DNA from: Nitrosopumilus sp.
Lineage (GTDB): Archaea; Thermoproteota; Nitrososphaeria; Nitrososphaerales; Nitrosopumilaceae
Direction of reading: 5' to 3'
Assembly: GCA_029250275.1 (NCBI GenBank)
Contig: JAPFBP010000002.1
Location: forward strand, 23,014 to 87,013
Length of the DNA stretch: 64,000 nt
The notes under the pieces were generated by a model. The model saw only the letters and a list, made by a program, of their open reading frames with translations. It ran no database searches and had not been told where the DNA came from. A program made the translations under genes and the position numbers. Below are positions 1 through 10,517 of the stretch, in pieces; within the stretch, counting starts at the first letter, position 1, and each line of letters opens with the position of its first letter.

Positions 1-420
1 TGGATGTTATACCATAATCAACTGTTTTTAGGATTTGTTACCATACTACAAAATATCAAAATTAGTAATGGTGGGTATATCTTTTTGATAAGCTCCAGTG
101 TGATTAAAGAGCCAAATATGAAATTAATTATTTCCTCAGCATACCGTGCAGCATTTTCTGAAGTTTTCAAGGTGTTAAGTAAAGAGTATGCTGAGAAAAA
201 CATTAGTTGTGTAAATATTGCCCCAGGACCAATAAACACAGACAGAACTCGAGAATTAATTGAAAATGTGCAAGAATTTGAGAAAACATTACCAATGAAA
301 AGATTAGGAGAGCCTGAAGAAATTGGAAACTTTGTAAAAGCTATTATCCAAAATAATATAAAATATCTGTCAGGCGTTACAATAAACTTTGATGGTGCAA
401 ATTCAAACTATATTTTTTAG
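1..420 (+). CDS. SDR family oxidoreductase, C-terminal part (5' end outside window)
   Basis: Frame open to the window edge; SDR C-terminal motifs NIAPGPINTDR and RLGEPEEIG...SGVTINFDG. Confidence 0.85.
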   Translation, partial: WMLYHNQLFLGFVTILQNIKISNGGYIFLISSSVIKEPNMKLIISSAYRAAFSEVFKVLSKEYAEKNISCVNIAPGPINTDRTRELIENVQEFEKTLPMKRLGEPEEIGNFVKAIIQNNIKYLSGVTINFDGANSNYIF

Positions 421-422
421 GA

Positions 423-1061
423 TTATTTTTTAAATTCAACATTTGGTGTGTCTGGTTGTCCTGCAATTGCAATCAATCCACCTTCTCTCAATTGTTGTAG
501 TAACTGCATGACTTCTTTTTCAACTTGCTTTCTTTGTAGTCCTGTTTGTTGTGCAAACACTTCAACTAGTTCTGTAACTTTACGTTCTCCATTACAAGAC
601 TTCCAAAAGTCAACAATTGCTTGATTGACCATAAATCCTTGTTCATGCTCATTAGATAATACCATTGAACCATCATCTTGTTGAACTAGTTTTCCAACTC
701 CTTGAGGCAATGCAAGTTCATAGTTAATTGGTGCAGGTGTGTTCATTGCAGCGCCCATGTTTTTTATTTTCATTTTTCCTTCTTCAGTCATTTTATCCAT
801 TGACCATGCAGGTTCCCATACAATGTCAATCTTTACATTGTTCACTCCTGGAACTTTTTTGGCATATCTTGTTGCATCCTCAACTAGAGTTGCATGTAAT
901 GGACAACCTTGTGTGGTCATTGTCATTTTGATGTTTACATCATTATTTTCAGTAACGTCAATTCCATAGATTAATCCCATTTCTACTATATTGAGAGGAA
1001 CTTCGGGATCCATGCATTTCTTTAAAGAATCCTCAATTGCTTGTGCAGAAACAGTACCCAT
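423..1061 (-). CDS. DUF59/SufT-like Fe-S assembly domain fused to PqqD-like (RRE) domain
   Basis: DPEVPLNIVEMGLIY and MTMTTQGCP (DUF59); C-terminal half VNQAIVDFWKSCNGERKVTELVE...QLLQQLREGGLI is PqqD-like. Confidence 0.8.
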   Translation of the reverse strand: MGTVSAQAIEDSLKKCMDPEVPLNIVEMGLIYGIDVTENNDVNIKMTMTTQGCPLHATLVEDATRYAKKVPGVNNVKIDIVWEPAWSMDKMTEEGKMKIKNMGAAMNTPAPINYELALPQGVGKLVQQDDGSMVLSNEHEQGFMVNQAIVDFWKSCNGERKVTELVEVFAQQTGLQRKQVEKEVMQLLQQLREGGLIAIAGQPDTPNVEFKK

Positions 1062-1100
1062 ATTGTATACGGCAGTTTGAAAATCAATAAAAACTTTCTA

Positions 1101-2177
1101 TTAATTAGCTTTGAATAATTTTGGGATTGATTCCTCATAAGGGGCTCTAGCTATACCTTTTTCAGTAATAATTCCTGAAATGAGTTCAGGTGGAGTCATG
1201 TCAAATGCCGGATTTATCACGTTGATATCATCAGGGGCGGTTTTTTTATCACCAATTCCTGTTACTTCAGATCCATCTCTCATCTCAATGATAACATCTT
1301 CTGCTTTAGTTTTCATATCAATTGTAGATAGTGGTGCTGCAACATAAAATGGAATTCCGTGTTGTTTTGCCATTATTGCTACCTGATACGTTCCAATTTT
1401 GTTGAACACATGACCTGTCTTTACAATTCTGTCTGCACCAACTATTACTTTATTCACTAGACCATTTGCCATAGAATATCCTACTGCAGTATCTGGAATT
1501 AGACTAACATCAAATCCATCGTGTTTTAACTCAAATGCAGTTAATCTAGATCCTTGTTGGATTGGTCTAGTCTCAGTAGCTATGACTTTGACATTTTTTC
1601 CACTCTCTCTAGTTGCTCGAATTACACCTAGTGCAGTTCCATATGCTACTGTAGCTAGTGCTCCAGCATTGCAATGTGTCATAATAACATCATTATCATC
1701 AAATAGAACTGAACCGTTCTTTCCCATGGTTTTGTTTATCTCAATATCTTCTTCTGCCATTTTTTTGGCAGTTTCAATTACTAGTTCTCTAATGTTATCA
1801 ACTGTTTCTCCAGTTATAGCAACGTTCATGATTTTTTCCAATCCCCAACCCAAATTTATGGCAGTTGGTCTTGTAGCAAATAGAATTTTTTTTGCATCTT
1901 CTAAATCTGAGAGTAATTCTTCTTTTGTTGTTGCTTTACTTTGTAATGCTGCTAATCCCAATCCAAACGCTCCAGATACTCCAATTGCCGGAGCACCTCT
2001 AACTATCAAAGTTTTGATGGCATTTGCAACTTGGTTAAAATCGTCATATTCTACAAATACTAGTTCATTTGGTAATTTGGTTTGGTCAATCATTATCACT
2101 TTGTTATTTTTCCATTCTACAGTTCGAAGTGAAGAATCTACAACTATATTCTCATCCATAAAATAAAAATTTTTCAT
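1101..2177 (-). CDS. mtnA: S-methyl-5-thioribose-1-phosphate isomerase (start possibly ATG at 2159)
   Basis: VRGAPAIG, RPTA, THCNAGALAT, ETRPIQQGSRLT, GADRI, NKIGTY motifs. Confidence 0.95.
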   Translation of the reverse strand: MKNFYFMDENIVVDSSLRTVEWKNNKVIMIDQTKLPNELVFVEYDDFNQVANAIKTLIVRGAPAIGVSGAFGLGLAALQSKATTKEELLSDLEDAKKILFATRPTAINLGWGLEKIMNVAITGETVDNIRELVIETAKKMAEEDIEINKTMGKNGSVLFDDNDVIMTHCNAGALATVAYGTALGVIRATRESGKNVKVIATETRPIQQGSRLTAFELKHDGFDVSLIPDTAVGYSMANGLVNKVIVGADRIVKTGHVFNKIGTYQVAIMAKQHGIPFYVAAPLSTIDMKTKAEDVIIEMRDGSEVTGIGDKKTAPDDINVINPAFDMTPPELISGIITEKGIARAPYEESIPKLFKAN

Positions 2178-2247
2178 CCATATTTAAAATAATTAGTTTT
2201 CATCCAATTGAACCGTTATATTCCCAAAAATTGTACATTAGTTAAAG

Positions 2248-2562
2248 ATGGATCTATCAACACTAGAAAAATTTGATTCTAAGGGAATGCACAAAGTGTA
2301 CGATATGTGTCCTCAAATTACACGAGAATCTTTTGAATCTGATCAGAATCAAGTTAATTTTGATGTTGTTACAGATACAAATGACATAGAAAAAGCAACT
2401 TCATTTGCAAAAGAATGGTTGAAATCAATTGGAGAAGAGTCATCCACAATAACTGCAAATGAATGTAAATTTTGCCATACACAATCAGTTCCAGAAGATA
2501 TGGAAATTGAAATTATGACTGATGGGTACTCTATTTCAAAGATGGAAGGATGTCCAAATTAA
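2248..2562 (+). pseudogene. Chimeric ORF: ~37 aa resembling the N-terminus of a SIS-domain phosphosugar isomerase fused to a DUF2024-like body
   Basis: MDLSTLEKFDSKGMHKVYDMCPQITRESFES resembles archaeal PGI/PMI-SIS N-termini. FDVVT..AKEWLKSIGEE..ECKFCH..KMEGCP resembles DUF2024. Both assignments are from memory. Confidence 0.6.
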
Positions 2563-3425
2563 AGCATGCATGCGCCAAAAACACCTGCTGAATCACCCAA
2601 TTTATTTTTCAAAATAGGCGTATCAACTAAATCTGAAAACACTTTACTGTAAACAGATTTTTTTCCCTCAGTATACAAAAAATCAATATTTGATAAACCA
2701 CCACCTAAAACAATTGCATCAGGATCCAATATGTCAATTACATTTGCAAGACCATATCCAAAGTTTTCTAAAAATTCATCTTTCCATTTTTTGCCATATT
2801 CATCATCAGTATTAGTAACAATTTCCTTAAGAGATTGCGATTTTCCTGTAAGATTTGTCCAATGATTTTCAAGTGCAGGACCACTAATGTAAGTCTCCAC
2901 ACAACCATGTTTACCACAATAACAAAGATTACCATTACGGTGAAGTGTATGATGTCCCCATTCACCTCCAATGTTTGTTCTTCCAGAATGAAGTTTTTTA
3001 TTAATCACAATCCCTCCACCTACGCCAGTACCAAGAATAACACCAAAAATTAAATTAAAATTAATTCCAGCACCTAAAGTTGCTTCAGCTATTGCAAAAC
3101 AATTTGCATCATTTTCTATAGATATTTTTGTTCCAAGTTTATTTTCTAAATCTTTTTTTAATGATTTGCCAATGAGACATTGTGTATTACTATTTTTAAT
3201 TAATCCAGTTTGTTTTGAAATCGCCCCAGGTGTACAAACTCCTAATGAAAAATCAGACACATTTTTGGAGATGTCTAACACCAAAGAGGATATAGAATCT
3301 AGAATTTTTTGATAATCATTTTGAGGTGTGGGAATTCTTTTTCTTTTAATAACACTAAAATTTTCATCCAGTAAAACAGCTTCAGTTTTAGTGCCACCTA
3401 AATCAACACCAAGTTTGTACATCAA
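2559..3425 (-). CDS. ROK family sugar kinase
   Basis: GVDLGGTK, ENDANCFA, GTGVGGG, GEWGH, CYCGKHGCVETYISG zinc motif. Confidence 0.93.
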   Translation of the reverse strand: MMYKLGVDLGGTKTEAVLLDENFSVIKRKRIPTPQNDYQKILDSISSLVLDISKNVSDFSLGVCTPGAISKQTGLIKNSNTQCLIGKSLKKDLENKLGTKISIENDANCFAIAEATLGAGINFNLIFGVILGTGVGGGIVINKKLHSGRTNIGGEWGHHTLHRNGNLCYCGKHGCVETYISGPALENHWTNLTGKSQSLKEIVTNTDDEYGKKWKDEFLENFGYGLANVIDILDPDAIVLGGGLSNIDFLYTEGKKSVYSKVFSDLVDTPILKNKLGDSAGVFGACML

Positions 3426-3465
3426 TTAATTATAAAATTAGAACACTCAGGTTTTAACTAAAATT

Positions 3466-5073
3466 TTATCCCATGCCGCCGGGGGCGCCAGAAACAGCGA
3501 TAACATCATCAATTCTAAGAATCATGCATGCTGCTTCTGTAGCAGATTTAATTATCTGTTCTTTTACGACAATTGGTTCTACAACATTAATTTCCATCAT
3601 ATCTGCAATCTTCATATTTCTAGCATCAATACCGGTCCATTTATGACCTTGATTTTGTTTTGCTCTAAGATTAGCCATAGTATCAATTGGATCCATTCCT
3701 GCATTTTCAGCAATAGTAAGTGGAATTGTTTCTAATGCTTCAGCGTATTTTTTAATCGCAAGTTGTTCTTTTCCATCAAAATTATTAGCCCATTCTTTGA
3801 GTACTGAGGCTGCGAATGCTTCAGGTGCACCACCACCAGCTACAATTGCTGGTTTTTCCATAACATCTTTTACAACCATTAAAGAATCATGAATTGAACG
3901 ATCAACTTCATCAATTACTCTTTGTGTACCACCACGAATTAGCATTGTAACAGATTGTGGATGTTTACATCCTTCAATGAAAACCCATTTGTCAGATTCA
4001 ACTTTCTTTTGCTGAACCAAATCTGCAATACCAAGATCATTTTCTGAAAGATCATCAAGATTACTAATCACACGTCCGCCTGTGGCTTTAGAAAGTTTAA
4101 TCATGTCACTTTCTTTGACACGACGTACTGCCATAATACCATATTTTGCAAGATAGTGTTGTGAAATATCATCAATTCCTTTTTGACAAATTAGGACATT
4201 AACTCCTACATCGTGTAATTTATCAACCATAGATTTTAACATTCTATTTTCTTCTTCTAAGAACATCTGCATTTGTGTAGGGTCAGTAATTCTAATTTCT
4301 GCACTTAGTTCAGTTTTTTCAATTTCTAATGCTGAATTAACTAATGCTATTTTTGCATTTTCAATTTTTGTAGGCATTCCACTATGAACAATTTCTTTAT
4401 CTAAAACAATTCCTTTAATGATTTGTGTATCATCAATTGAACCGCCAGCTTTCTTTTCTACTTTAATATTGTCAAGGTCAACAGAATAAGCATCACCTTT
4501 CTTTATTGCAATGCTAAGAACAGCATCAACTACAATTTTAGAAAGTAATGCGCTATCTTCAGAAATTAATTTTGATTGCATACTTGTTATAGCAATTTTT
4601 AATAGAGACACTCTATCATCAGGCTGAATTTTCTTTGCCAAGCCTGAATAAATTTCAAGTGTTTTATCAGCTGCAGCCTGGTACCCATCAATAATAGTTG
4701 AAGAATGAACATTTTTGTTAAGAAGATCTTCTGCTCTTGCTAATAATGCACCTCCAAAAATTACAGAAGATGTTGTACCATCTCCTACTTCATTATCAAC
4801 AGTTTTAGCAATTTCAACCATCATTTTGGCTGCTGGATGCTGAACATCAATTTCTTTAAGAATTGTTGCACCATCATTTGTAATAGTTACATCACCTAAG
4901 GAATCAACTAACATTTTATCAAGACCTCTAGGGCCAAGACTGCTTCTAACTAATTGTGCAACTAGTTTTGCTGCAGCAATATTATTTTGTTGAGCATCTT
5001 TACCTTTTTGTTGTAACGCGCTCTCTTTGAGAACTAAAACCGGTCCATTTGGTCCTTGTTGAATTGATGCCAT
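3466..5073 (-). CDS. ths: Thermosome (group II chaperonin) subunit
   Basis: [29 protein letters not shown] motifs. Confidence 0.97.
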   Translation of the reverse strand: MASIQQGPNGPVLVLKESALQQKGKDAQQNNIAAAKLVAQLVRSSLGPRGLDKMLVDSLGDVTITNDGATILKEIDVQHPAAKMMVEIAKTVDNEVGDGTTSSVIFGGALLARAEDLLNKNVHSSTIIDGYQAAADKTLEIYSGLAKKIQPDDRVSLLKIAITSMQSKLISEDSALLSKIVVDAVLSIAIKKGDAYSVDLDNIKVEKKAGGSIDDTQIIKGIVLDKEIVHSGMPTKIENAKIALVNSALEIEKTELSAEIRITDPTQMQMFLEEENRMLKSMVDKLHDVGVNVLICQKGIDDISQHYLAKYGIMAVRRVKESDMIKLSKATGGRVISNLDDLSENDLGIADLVQQKKVESDKWVFIEGCKHPQSVTMLIRGGTQRVIDEVDRSIHDSLMVVKDVMEKPAIVAGGGAPEAFAASVLKEWANNFDGKEQLAIKKYAEALETIPLTIAENAGMDPIDTMANLRAKQNQGHKWTGIDARNMKIADMMEINVVEPIVVKEQIIKSATEAACMILRIDDVIAVSGAPGGMG

Positions 5074-5118
5074 TTAGATTCAGCTTCAATCCACTAAATC
5101 CCCCTTTTTAACATTTAC

Positions 5119-6882
5119 TTAGTAGATCGGTGAAATGTAAATGTGTTTTTTTACATCAATAATTCCACCAGAAAGAATTCTAACAGATGGTAGAGCCAAA
5201 AAAGGTAAGAATAATGGAATTAAGTGGGGTCTAGAAAATTTAGAACCTGAATCAACAATAGTATTATTGATTTTTTCAAAATTGGATAAAACTTTTTCAA
5301 AAGAATCTGTAGAAATGATACCACCAAACTGTAAAGGTAGTGAAGCAATAATTTTTCCAGATTTCACTACAACAAGACCTCCTTGATTCTTGATGAGATG
5401 ATTAGAGGCAACTGCCATATCAGAATCATTTGAACCAATTACGATCATGTCATTTTCATGGAAACTCCATGTCGAAGCAAAAGCACCGATATTTGCACCA
5501 AAATTTTCAAGAAATCCTATAGAATGCTTTTGATTTCCATAAATTCTATCAAATGCTGCAACTTTCCAAATATCAGAATCTAATGAAGCAGAAACATGAC
5601 CATCTTTAGAATGAAGTTCGGCAGAGCCTATCTTAGTAATAATTTCAGTTTGCATATAGATGGTATTTGCAATAACATCTTTCTTTTTTGATTTTATAAC
5701 AAAGTCATTTTCAGAGAATTTTTTTAATTTTACAGTTTTTTTAATCCAAGGTGAAATTATTTTTTTCTTGATTAATGTAACTAATTGTCCATTAGATACT
5801 ACAAGTTTGCCCCCAACAAAGACTTTGTTTGGTTTGAATGATTTTAAATCATCAAAAATTAAAATATCTGCCAATTTTCCAGGAGCAATACCACCAAGAT
5901 CTTTTCCCATGTTATAATAATCAAAATTATTTTTTGATGCCATAGTAACTGCATCTATTGGCTTTAGACCAAGTTTGATTGATTCTCTTATACAGTGATC
6001 TATATGACCAAATTTAGATATATCAAGTGGATCAAGGCCATCAGAACAAAACATTAACCGATTAAGATATGTTCCATGAGACAAAACATGTGGAATTATT
6101 TCCTTCAAATCACGTCTAATAGAACCCTCTCTGATCATTATCCACATTCCAAGACGTAATCTTTCTAAAACTTGATCAAAATTGATTGGTTCATGACAAG
6201 ATAGGATTCCAGATGAGACATATGCATTAAGTTTTTTCTCACTTGCACCAGCAGTATGTCCATTGATTATGCAATCACATTCCAACATGGATGAAAGTGA
6301 TTTCATTGTTTTTGGGTCACGTGAAGTAACTTTGGTCCAAGAAAAAACTTCACCTAATCCTAGTACATGTGGATGCTTTACTGCAGATTTTTCTTGTGAT
6401 AATGATAATGATTTACTACTACTAAATTTTGCATCTACTGGAAGACCCCCTGGAACTACTTGAAAAATTCTGATTGGAAGATTCTCACCAAGTTTTAAAA
6501 ATTCTTGAAAACCACGATATCCTGCTACACTTACAATATCAATAGGATCAGAAAATAGAGATGTTACACCACAAAGTAGAGCCTTTTTTGCAAATTCAGA
6601 TGGCAAAACAAATTGATCAATATGTAAATGCGGATCTGCAAAACCAGGACTAACATATTTTCCATTTACATCAATTACAATAGTTTTTGAACCAACAGTA
6701 TGTGTAGCGTCTGGACCAACATACGCAATTCTATCATTGACAATAGCAATCTGAATTTTTGGAATTATTTCCCGAGTATAGACAGACAATAATTTACAAT
6801 TTTTTAAAATCAGATCGGCTTTCTTATCACCCATCGCTACAGAGTTAAGAGATAAGATCGAATTTGCTAGGCTCGAAGTCAC
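5119..6882 (-). CDS. ade: Adenine deaminase
   Basis: PGFADPHLHID, GLGEVFSW, INGHTAG, HEP, REGS, FCSDG; C-terminal adenine deaminase domain. Confidence 0.9.
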   Translation of the reverse strand: MTSSLANSILSLNSVAMGDKKADLILKNCKLLSVYTREIIPKIQIAIVNDRIAYVGPDATHTVGSKTIVIDVNGKYVSPGFADPHLHIDQFVLPSEFAKKALLCGVTSLFSDPIDIVSVAGYRGFQEFLKLGENLPIRIFQVVPGGLPVDAKFSSSKSLSLSQEKSAVKHPHVLGLGEVFSWTKVTSRDPKTMKSLSSMLECDCIINGHTAGASEKKLNAYVSSGILSCHEPINFDQVLERLRLGMWIMIREGSIRRDLKEIIPHVLSHGTYLNRLMFCSDGLDPLDISKFGHIDHCIRESIKLGLKPIDAVTMASKNNFDYYNMGKDLGGIAPGKLADILIFDDLKSFKPNKVFVGGKLVVSNGQLVTLIKKKIISPWIKKTVKLKKFSENDFVIKSKKKDVIANTIYMQTEIITKIGSAELHSKDGHVSASLDSDIWKVAAFDRIYGNQKHSIGFLENFGANIGAFASTWSFHENDMIVIGSNDSDMAVASNHLIKNQGGLVVVKSGKIIASLPLQFGGIISTDSFEKVLSNFEKINNTIVDSGSKFSRPHLIPLFLPFLALPSVRILSGGIIDVKKHIYISPIY

Positions 6883-6952
6883 TTCTTTTAATTGAGTTTT
6901 GCGCCTATTATAGATTCAATGCTTAAATTACGGTTGGGGAGGTTTTGTTGAT

Positions 6953-7234
6953 ATGAACATCCCTAAGGTGATCAGAAAGTTTTGTGCAAAATGTAATGCA
7001 CATACCGAACAAAAGATCTCCATTTACAAGGCTGGAAAAAGACGTGGTTCTGCTGCTGGTGAACGTAGACACGCAGAGCGTAAAAGAGGATATGGTGGAC
7101 AAAAATTTCCAAAATTAGCAAAACCAGCCAAAGTTACTAAAAAAGTTACTCCTATTATGACATGTACTGTTTGTAAAAAGAAATACAATAAAAAAGGCGT
7201 TAGAATTAAGAAATTTGAGTTGATAGCAGCATGA
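6953..7234 (+). CDS. rpl44e: 50S ribosomal protein L44e
   Basis: CAKCNAHT, GYGGQKFP, CTVC zinc motifs. Confidence 0.97.
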   Translation: MNIPKVIRKFCAKCNAHTEQKISIYKAGKRRGSAAGERRHAERKRGYGGQKFPKLAKPAKVTKKVTPIMTCTVCKKKYNKKGVRIKKFELIAA

Positions 7235-7428
7235 AGAAAGATCATATTGAAATTCCGAAACCATCTAGTAAGTTTCAAAAAGTCAATTGCAATGAATGTG
7301 GTGAACTACAAATAATTTATTCACATGCATCAACAAAAGTCGCATGTAATTCCTGTGGAAATACTATTTCAGAACCAACTGGATCAAAAGCCATAATTAA
7401 TGGTAAGATCTCAGGCAGTGCTGAGTAA
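7231..7428 (+). CDS. rps27e: 30S ribosomal protein S27e
   Basis: KVNCNEC..YSHAST.VACNSCG...EPTGSKA; ATGA overlap with L44e. Confidence 0.97.
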   Translation: MKKDHIEIPKPSSKFQKVNCNECGELQIIYSHASTKVACNSCGNTISEPTGSKAIINGKISGSAE

Positions 7429-7995
7429 TTCATAATCTTGTTTAGAATTTAGATTAAATGCAATTCTTTTATCATCAATTATGATATAATTTTCAATCAA
7501 ATTTTCCAGAGAAGAAATTTTCTCTGAATTAACCAAAGAAATTCCAGTGTAATGACATGTTTGACCATTAAAATCAACAGAGAAATCAGACTCTAGACCA
7601 AGAGTGCTTAAAAATTTGTTAGTTACAAGAATACTAGTCCAAGTTTTTTTAGCATCAAATTGTTTGATTATTGTTTTAATTATTTCTTCATCAAGCAATG
7701 GTAAATCACCAGAAGTAACTAAAACATGATCATGAATAGTTTTTAATGTTGAATTTAGATCTTCCACATAACCAATCCCTGAAGTATCAAAAGTATCAAC
7801 ATCGTTTTCTTCTAATAATTTTTTTGTTTTAGGAGAATTGCAACTGGTAACAGCTATAATTTTTGAAAAAGATTTTGAGTTTTTTAATGAATCAATTACA
7901 TGAAGAATTACAGGTTTTTTATATTTGAGTAATAATTTTTCATCATCTAAATTCATTCTAGTACCTTTACCACCAGCCATAACAAGTCCAATCAT
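7411..7995 (-). CDS. cobY: Adenosylcobinamide-phosphate guanylyltransferase (NTP transferase)
   Basis: MAGGKGTRM, GDLPLL, NLN motif; last gene of the cob operon after cobS. Confidence 0.85.
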   Translation of the reverse strand: MIGLVMAGGKGTRMNLDDEKLLLKYKKPVILHVIDSLKNSKSFSKIIAVTSCNSPKTKKLLEENDVDTFDTSGIGYVEDLNSTLKTIHDHVLVTSGDLPLLDEEIIKTIIKQFDAKKTWTSILVTNKFLSTLGLESDFSVDFNGQTCHYTGISLVNSEKISSLENLIENYIIIDDKRIAFNLNSKQDYELLSTA

Positions 7996-8717
7996 ATTGA
8001 AACAAACACCATCAAAGAAGCTAATCTAGTGAATTCGTTAGTAGCTCCTAGTACATCACCAGTAATGCCTCCAAAACTACGAGTGGATAAGGCTAAGAGA
8101 AACATAGTCAAAACAATAGTTACACCAAGCATTATCAAACCTGTAGTTTCACCAATTACGATTACAGGAATAAGCATAATGAGAAATGCAGCTAAAATCT
8201 TTTTCTTGTCTTTCATAAATTCAACAAACGGAGAATTTGAACCTAATGAAGCTGATTTACCTAAACTAGCCATCAAAACCATTGAAAATTTTGCTAAAAT
8301 TTCACTAATCAAAATTGCCTTAAACAAATCAAACCCACTTGTAAGAGAAAGGGTAATTATCAAACCAATAATGTATAACACAATTGCAACAATACCTGCT
8401 GAACCAGTAGAAAGATCTTTCATAGCTTTGAGTTTTTTATCTTTTGAACCTTTTACCATCAATCCATCTGCAAAATCAGCCAAACCATCTGCATGATGTA
8501 TTCCAGTAATGATTGCAATGGATGCAACAACTAACAAGCTAACTAACAACGGTTCTAAGAAGAAAGATAATCCAAAACCAAATGAGCCAATCAAAAGTCC
8601 AATAGCAATTCCAACTATAGGAAATAGGAACATGTATTTTGCAATATTATCTAATGAAGCATTTGATGAAGGAAAAATTGTTAAAAATGAAAAAACAGAT
8701 CCAATTTCTTTAAACAT
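7992..8717 (-). CDS. cobS: Adenosylcobinamide-GDP ribazoletransferase
   Basis: TGIHHADGLADFADG, MKD...GSAG, FGGITGDVLGATNE. Confidence 0.96.
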   Translation of the reverse strand: MFKEIGSVFSFLTIFPSSNASLDNIAKYMFLFPIVGIAIGLLIGSFGFGLSFFLEPLLVSLLVVASIAIITGIHHADGLADFADGLMVKGSKDKKLKAMKDLSTGSAGIVAIVLYIIGLIITLSLTSGFDLFKAILISEILAKFSMVLMASLGKSASLGSNSPFVEFMKDKKKILAAFLIMLIPVIVIGETTGLIMLGVTIVLTMFLLALSTRSFGGITGDVLGATNEFTRLASLMVFVSI

Positions 8718-9681
8718 GTATCCACCATCCTACAAAAGATAAAATAGAAATTATTGGGATAGTGATTATTCCAAAGAAAAGTACAGAAGTAAGTTTCATT
8801 ATAGATATTGCAGAATGTACATGTTCTTTTGTTAGAATGATTTCACCATCACCTAGTTTGTAATAATCGATTTTTTCAAATTTTGTTTCCAAAGCTCCCG
8901 CTAAAGCAGCCATAGGATATCCAGCATTATGACTTTCAGTTTTTTTGCCATCTCTGATCATTATTTTGTAGGATTCTTTCCAATTGTTATGTAAGATAGC
9001 AGCAGAAATGATCATTACCAATCCTGTTAATCTAGATGGAATGTAATTTAGGATACTGTCACAGGTTGCTGCAAACCAACCAATATTTTTGAAAATATCA
9101 GTCTTGTATCCAATCATTGAATCTGCGGTATTAATCACACGATACACAAATGCTCCAGGCAATCCAAAAAAAGCATAGTAAAACAAAGGTCCAGTGATTC
9201 CATCAACTGTGTTTTCACTTATGCTTTCAAGTACACCTGAAAGTACATGATTTTTGTCTAAATTCTGTGTATTTCGCTTAACAATCATAGATAGATGATT
9301 TCTTGCCATATCGAGATTTTCCTCATCCAATGATTCCAAAACAGATTTTGCATGTTTTTCCATTCCATGAATAGCAATTGTAGTTTTTAGTAATAATCCA
9401 CCAACAATTACAGAAACAATCAATGAAACATAATCAATAGTTATCAAAGTTATTCCAATATTCAATGCAAAAAGTAGTAAAACTACCAAACCAGAAGTAA
9501 TTGTAACAATACAGATACCACCAAATTTTTCTATTATAGAATATTCATTTTTTGCTATGGGAGTAAATTTAGCAATTAAAGTTCCAATCCACGATGTAGG
9601 ATGATATTTATTTTTAGGATCTCCAAATTTAAAATCAAGTAAAATAGCTAAACCAATTATAAAAAAAGATTCAATGATCAT
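8710..9681 (-). CDS. cbiB: Adenosylcobinamide-phosphate synthase CbiB
   Basis: GDP..HP, ESISENTVDG, YRVINTADSMIGY, NYIPSRL, SHNAGYPMAALAGAL. Confidence 0.95.
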   Translation of the reverse strand: MIIESFFIIGLAILLDFKFGDPKNKYHPTSWIGTLIAKFTPIAKNEYSIIEKFGGICIVTITSGLVVLLLFALNIGITLITIDYVSLIVSVIVGGLLLKTTIAIHGMEKHAKSVLESLDEENLDMARNHLSMIVKRNTQNLDKNHVLSGVLESISENTVDGITGPLFYYAFFGLPGAFVYRVINTADSMIGYKTDIFKNIGWFAATCDSILNYIPSRLTGLVMIISAAILHNNWKESYKIMIRDGKKTESHNAGYPMAALAGALETKFEKIDYYKLGDGEIILTKEHVHSAISIMKLTSVLFFGIITIPIISILSFVGWWIHV

Positions 9682-10517
9682 TGTAACATCTTCTCTATAG
9701 ATTTTATATCAATATTTGATTTGACAGTTTTTGCCAATTTATTTAATTCATCATCAATTTTTGAAATATTTTTCTTAGTCCATTGAATATCTTTAGGGTT
9801 AGCATTAAGAGAATCTTCTTCAGGTAAGTCTAATTGTATTAATGGAATAGTTCCTATAACAGGTATCTTTGTAATATTTTTGAGTTTTTGAAATCCAGGT
9901 CTCAATACATCTAAATCTCCTCTGAATTTATTAAAAATAAAACCTTTTACTAGTTTTTGATATTTTTTTTCAATTAAAGCCATCGTTCCAACAAGACTTG
10001 CAAAAGAACCACCTCTGTCAATATCTGAAACCAATAATACGGCAGCATTGGCTTTGTGAGCAATCCTCATATTTGCAATATCAAATTTTTGTAAATTAAT
10101 TTCAGCTGGAGAACCTGCACCTTCTAAAATAACTAAATCATAGTTTTTCTGTAATGTTTTAAGAGATTTTACTGCAATATCAATTCCTTTATGATTTACA
10201 AATTTTTCATAGTATTCTTTTGCATGCATTTTCTTGTATCGTTTTCCATTTAGATATACAATACTGTTGTAATTTCCTATTGGTTTTAGCAAAATTGGGT
10301 TTAGATCAGGAGTGATTTTACATCGTGAACCAATAGCCTGAATTGCCTGAGCGCGAGATATCTCAAATTCAGGCGTAATATATGTAAAATTTGACATGTT
10401 TTGAGATTTGAAAGGTGCAACCCTGTAACCTTTATCAGAAAAAATTCTGCAAAGTGCTGCTACCAATATTGTTTTTCCAGCTCCAGAAGAAGTACCTTGG
10501 ATCATTAAAGATTTCAT
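9678..10517 (-). CDS. cobQ: Cobyric acid synthase, synthase domain only (279 aa)
   Basis: GTSSGAGKT, PFKSQNMS, MNP-like LNPILLKP, EGAGSPAEINL, DIDRGG, NKFRGD, PEEDSL; ends before the GATase domain. Confidence 0.9.
   Translation of the reverse strand: MKSLMIQGTSSGAGKTILVAALCRIFSDKGYRVAPFKSQNMSNFTYITPEFEISRAQAIQAIGSRCKITPDLNPILLKPIGNYNSIVYLNGKRYKKMHAKEYYEKFVNHKGIDIAVKSLKTLQKNYDLVILEGAGSPAEINLQKFDIANMRIAHKANAAVLLVSDIDRGGSFASLVGTMALIEKKYQKLVKGFIFNKFRGDLDVLRPGFQKLKNITKIPVIGTIPLIQLDLPEEDSLNANPKDIQWTKKNISKIDDELNKLAKTVKSNIDIKSIEKMLQ

Noticed and set aside
1582-2166. 194-aa plus-strand ORF
   Set aside because: Antisense shadow of mtnA with Ser/Thr-rich non-protein-like composition; the same applies to 8029..8496, 45304..45840 and the other short antisense ORFs in the track.
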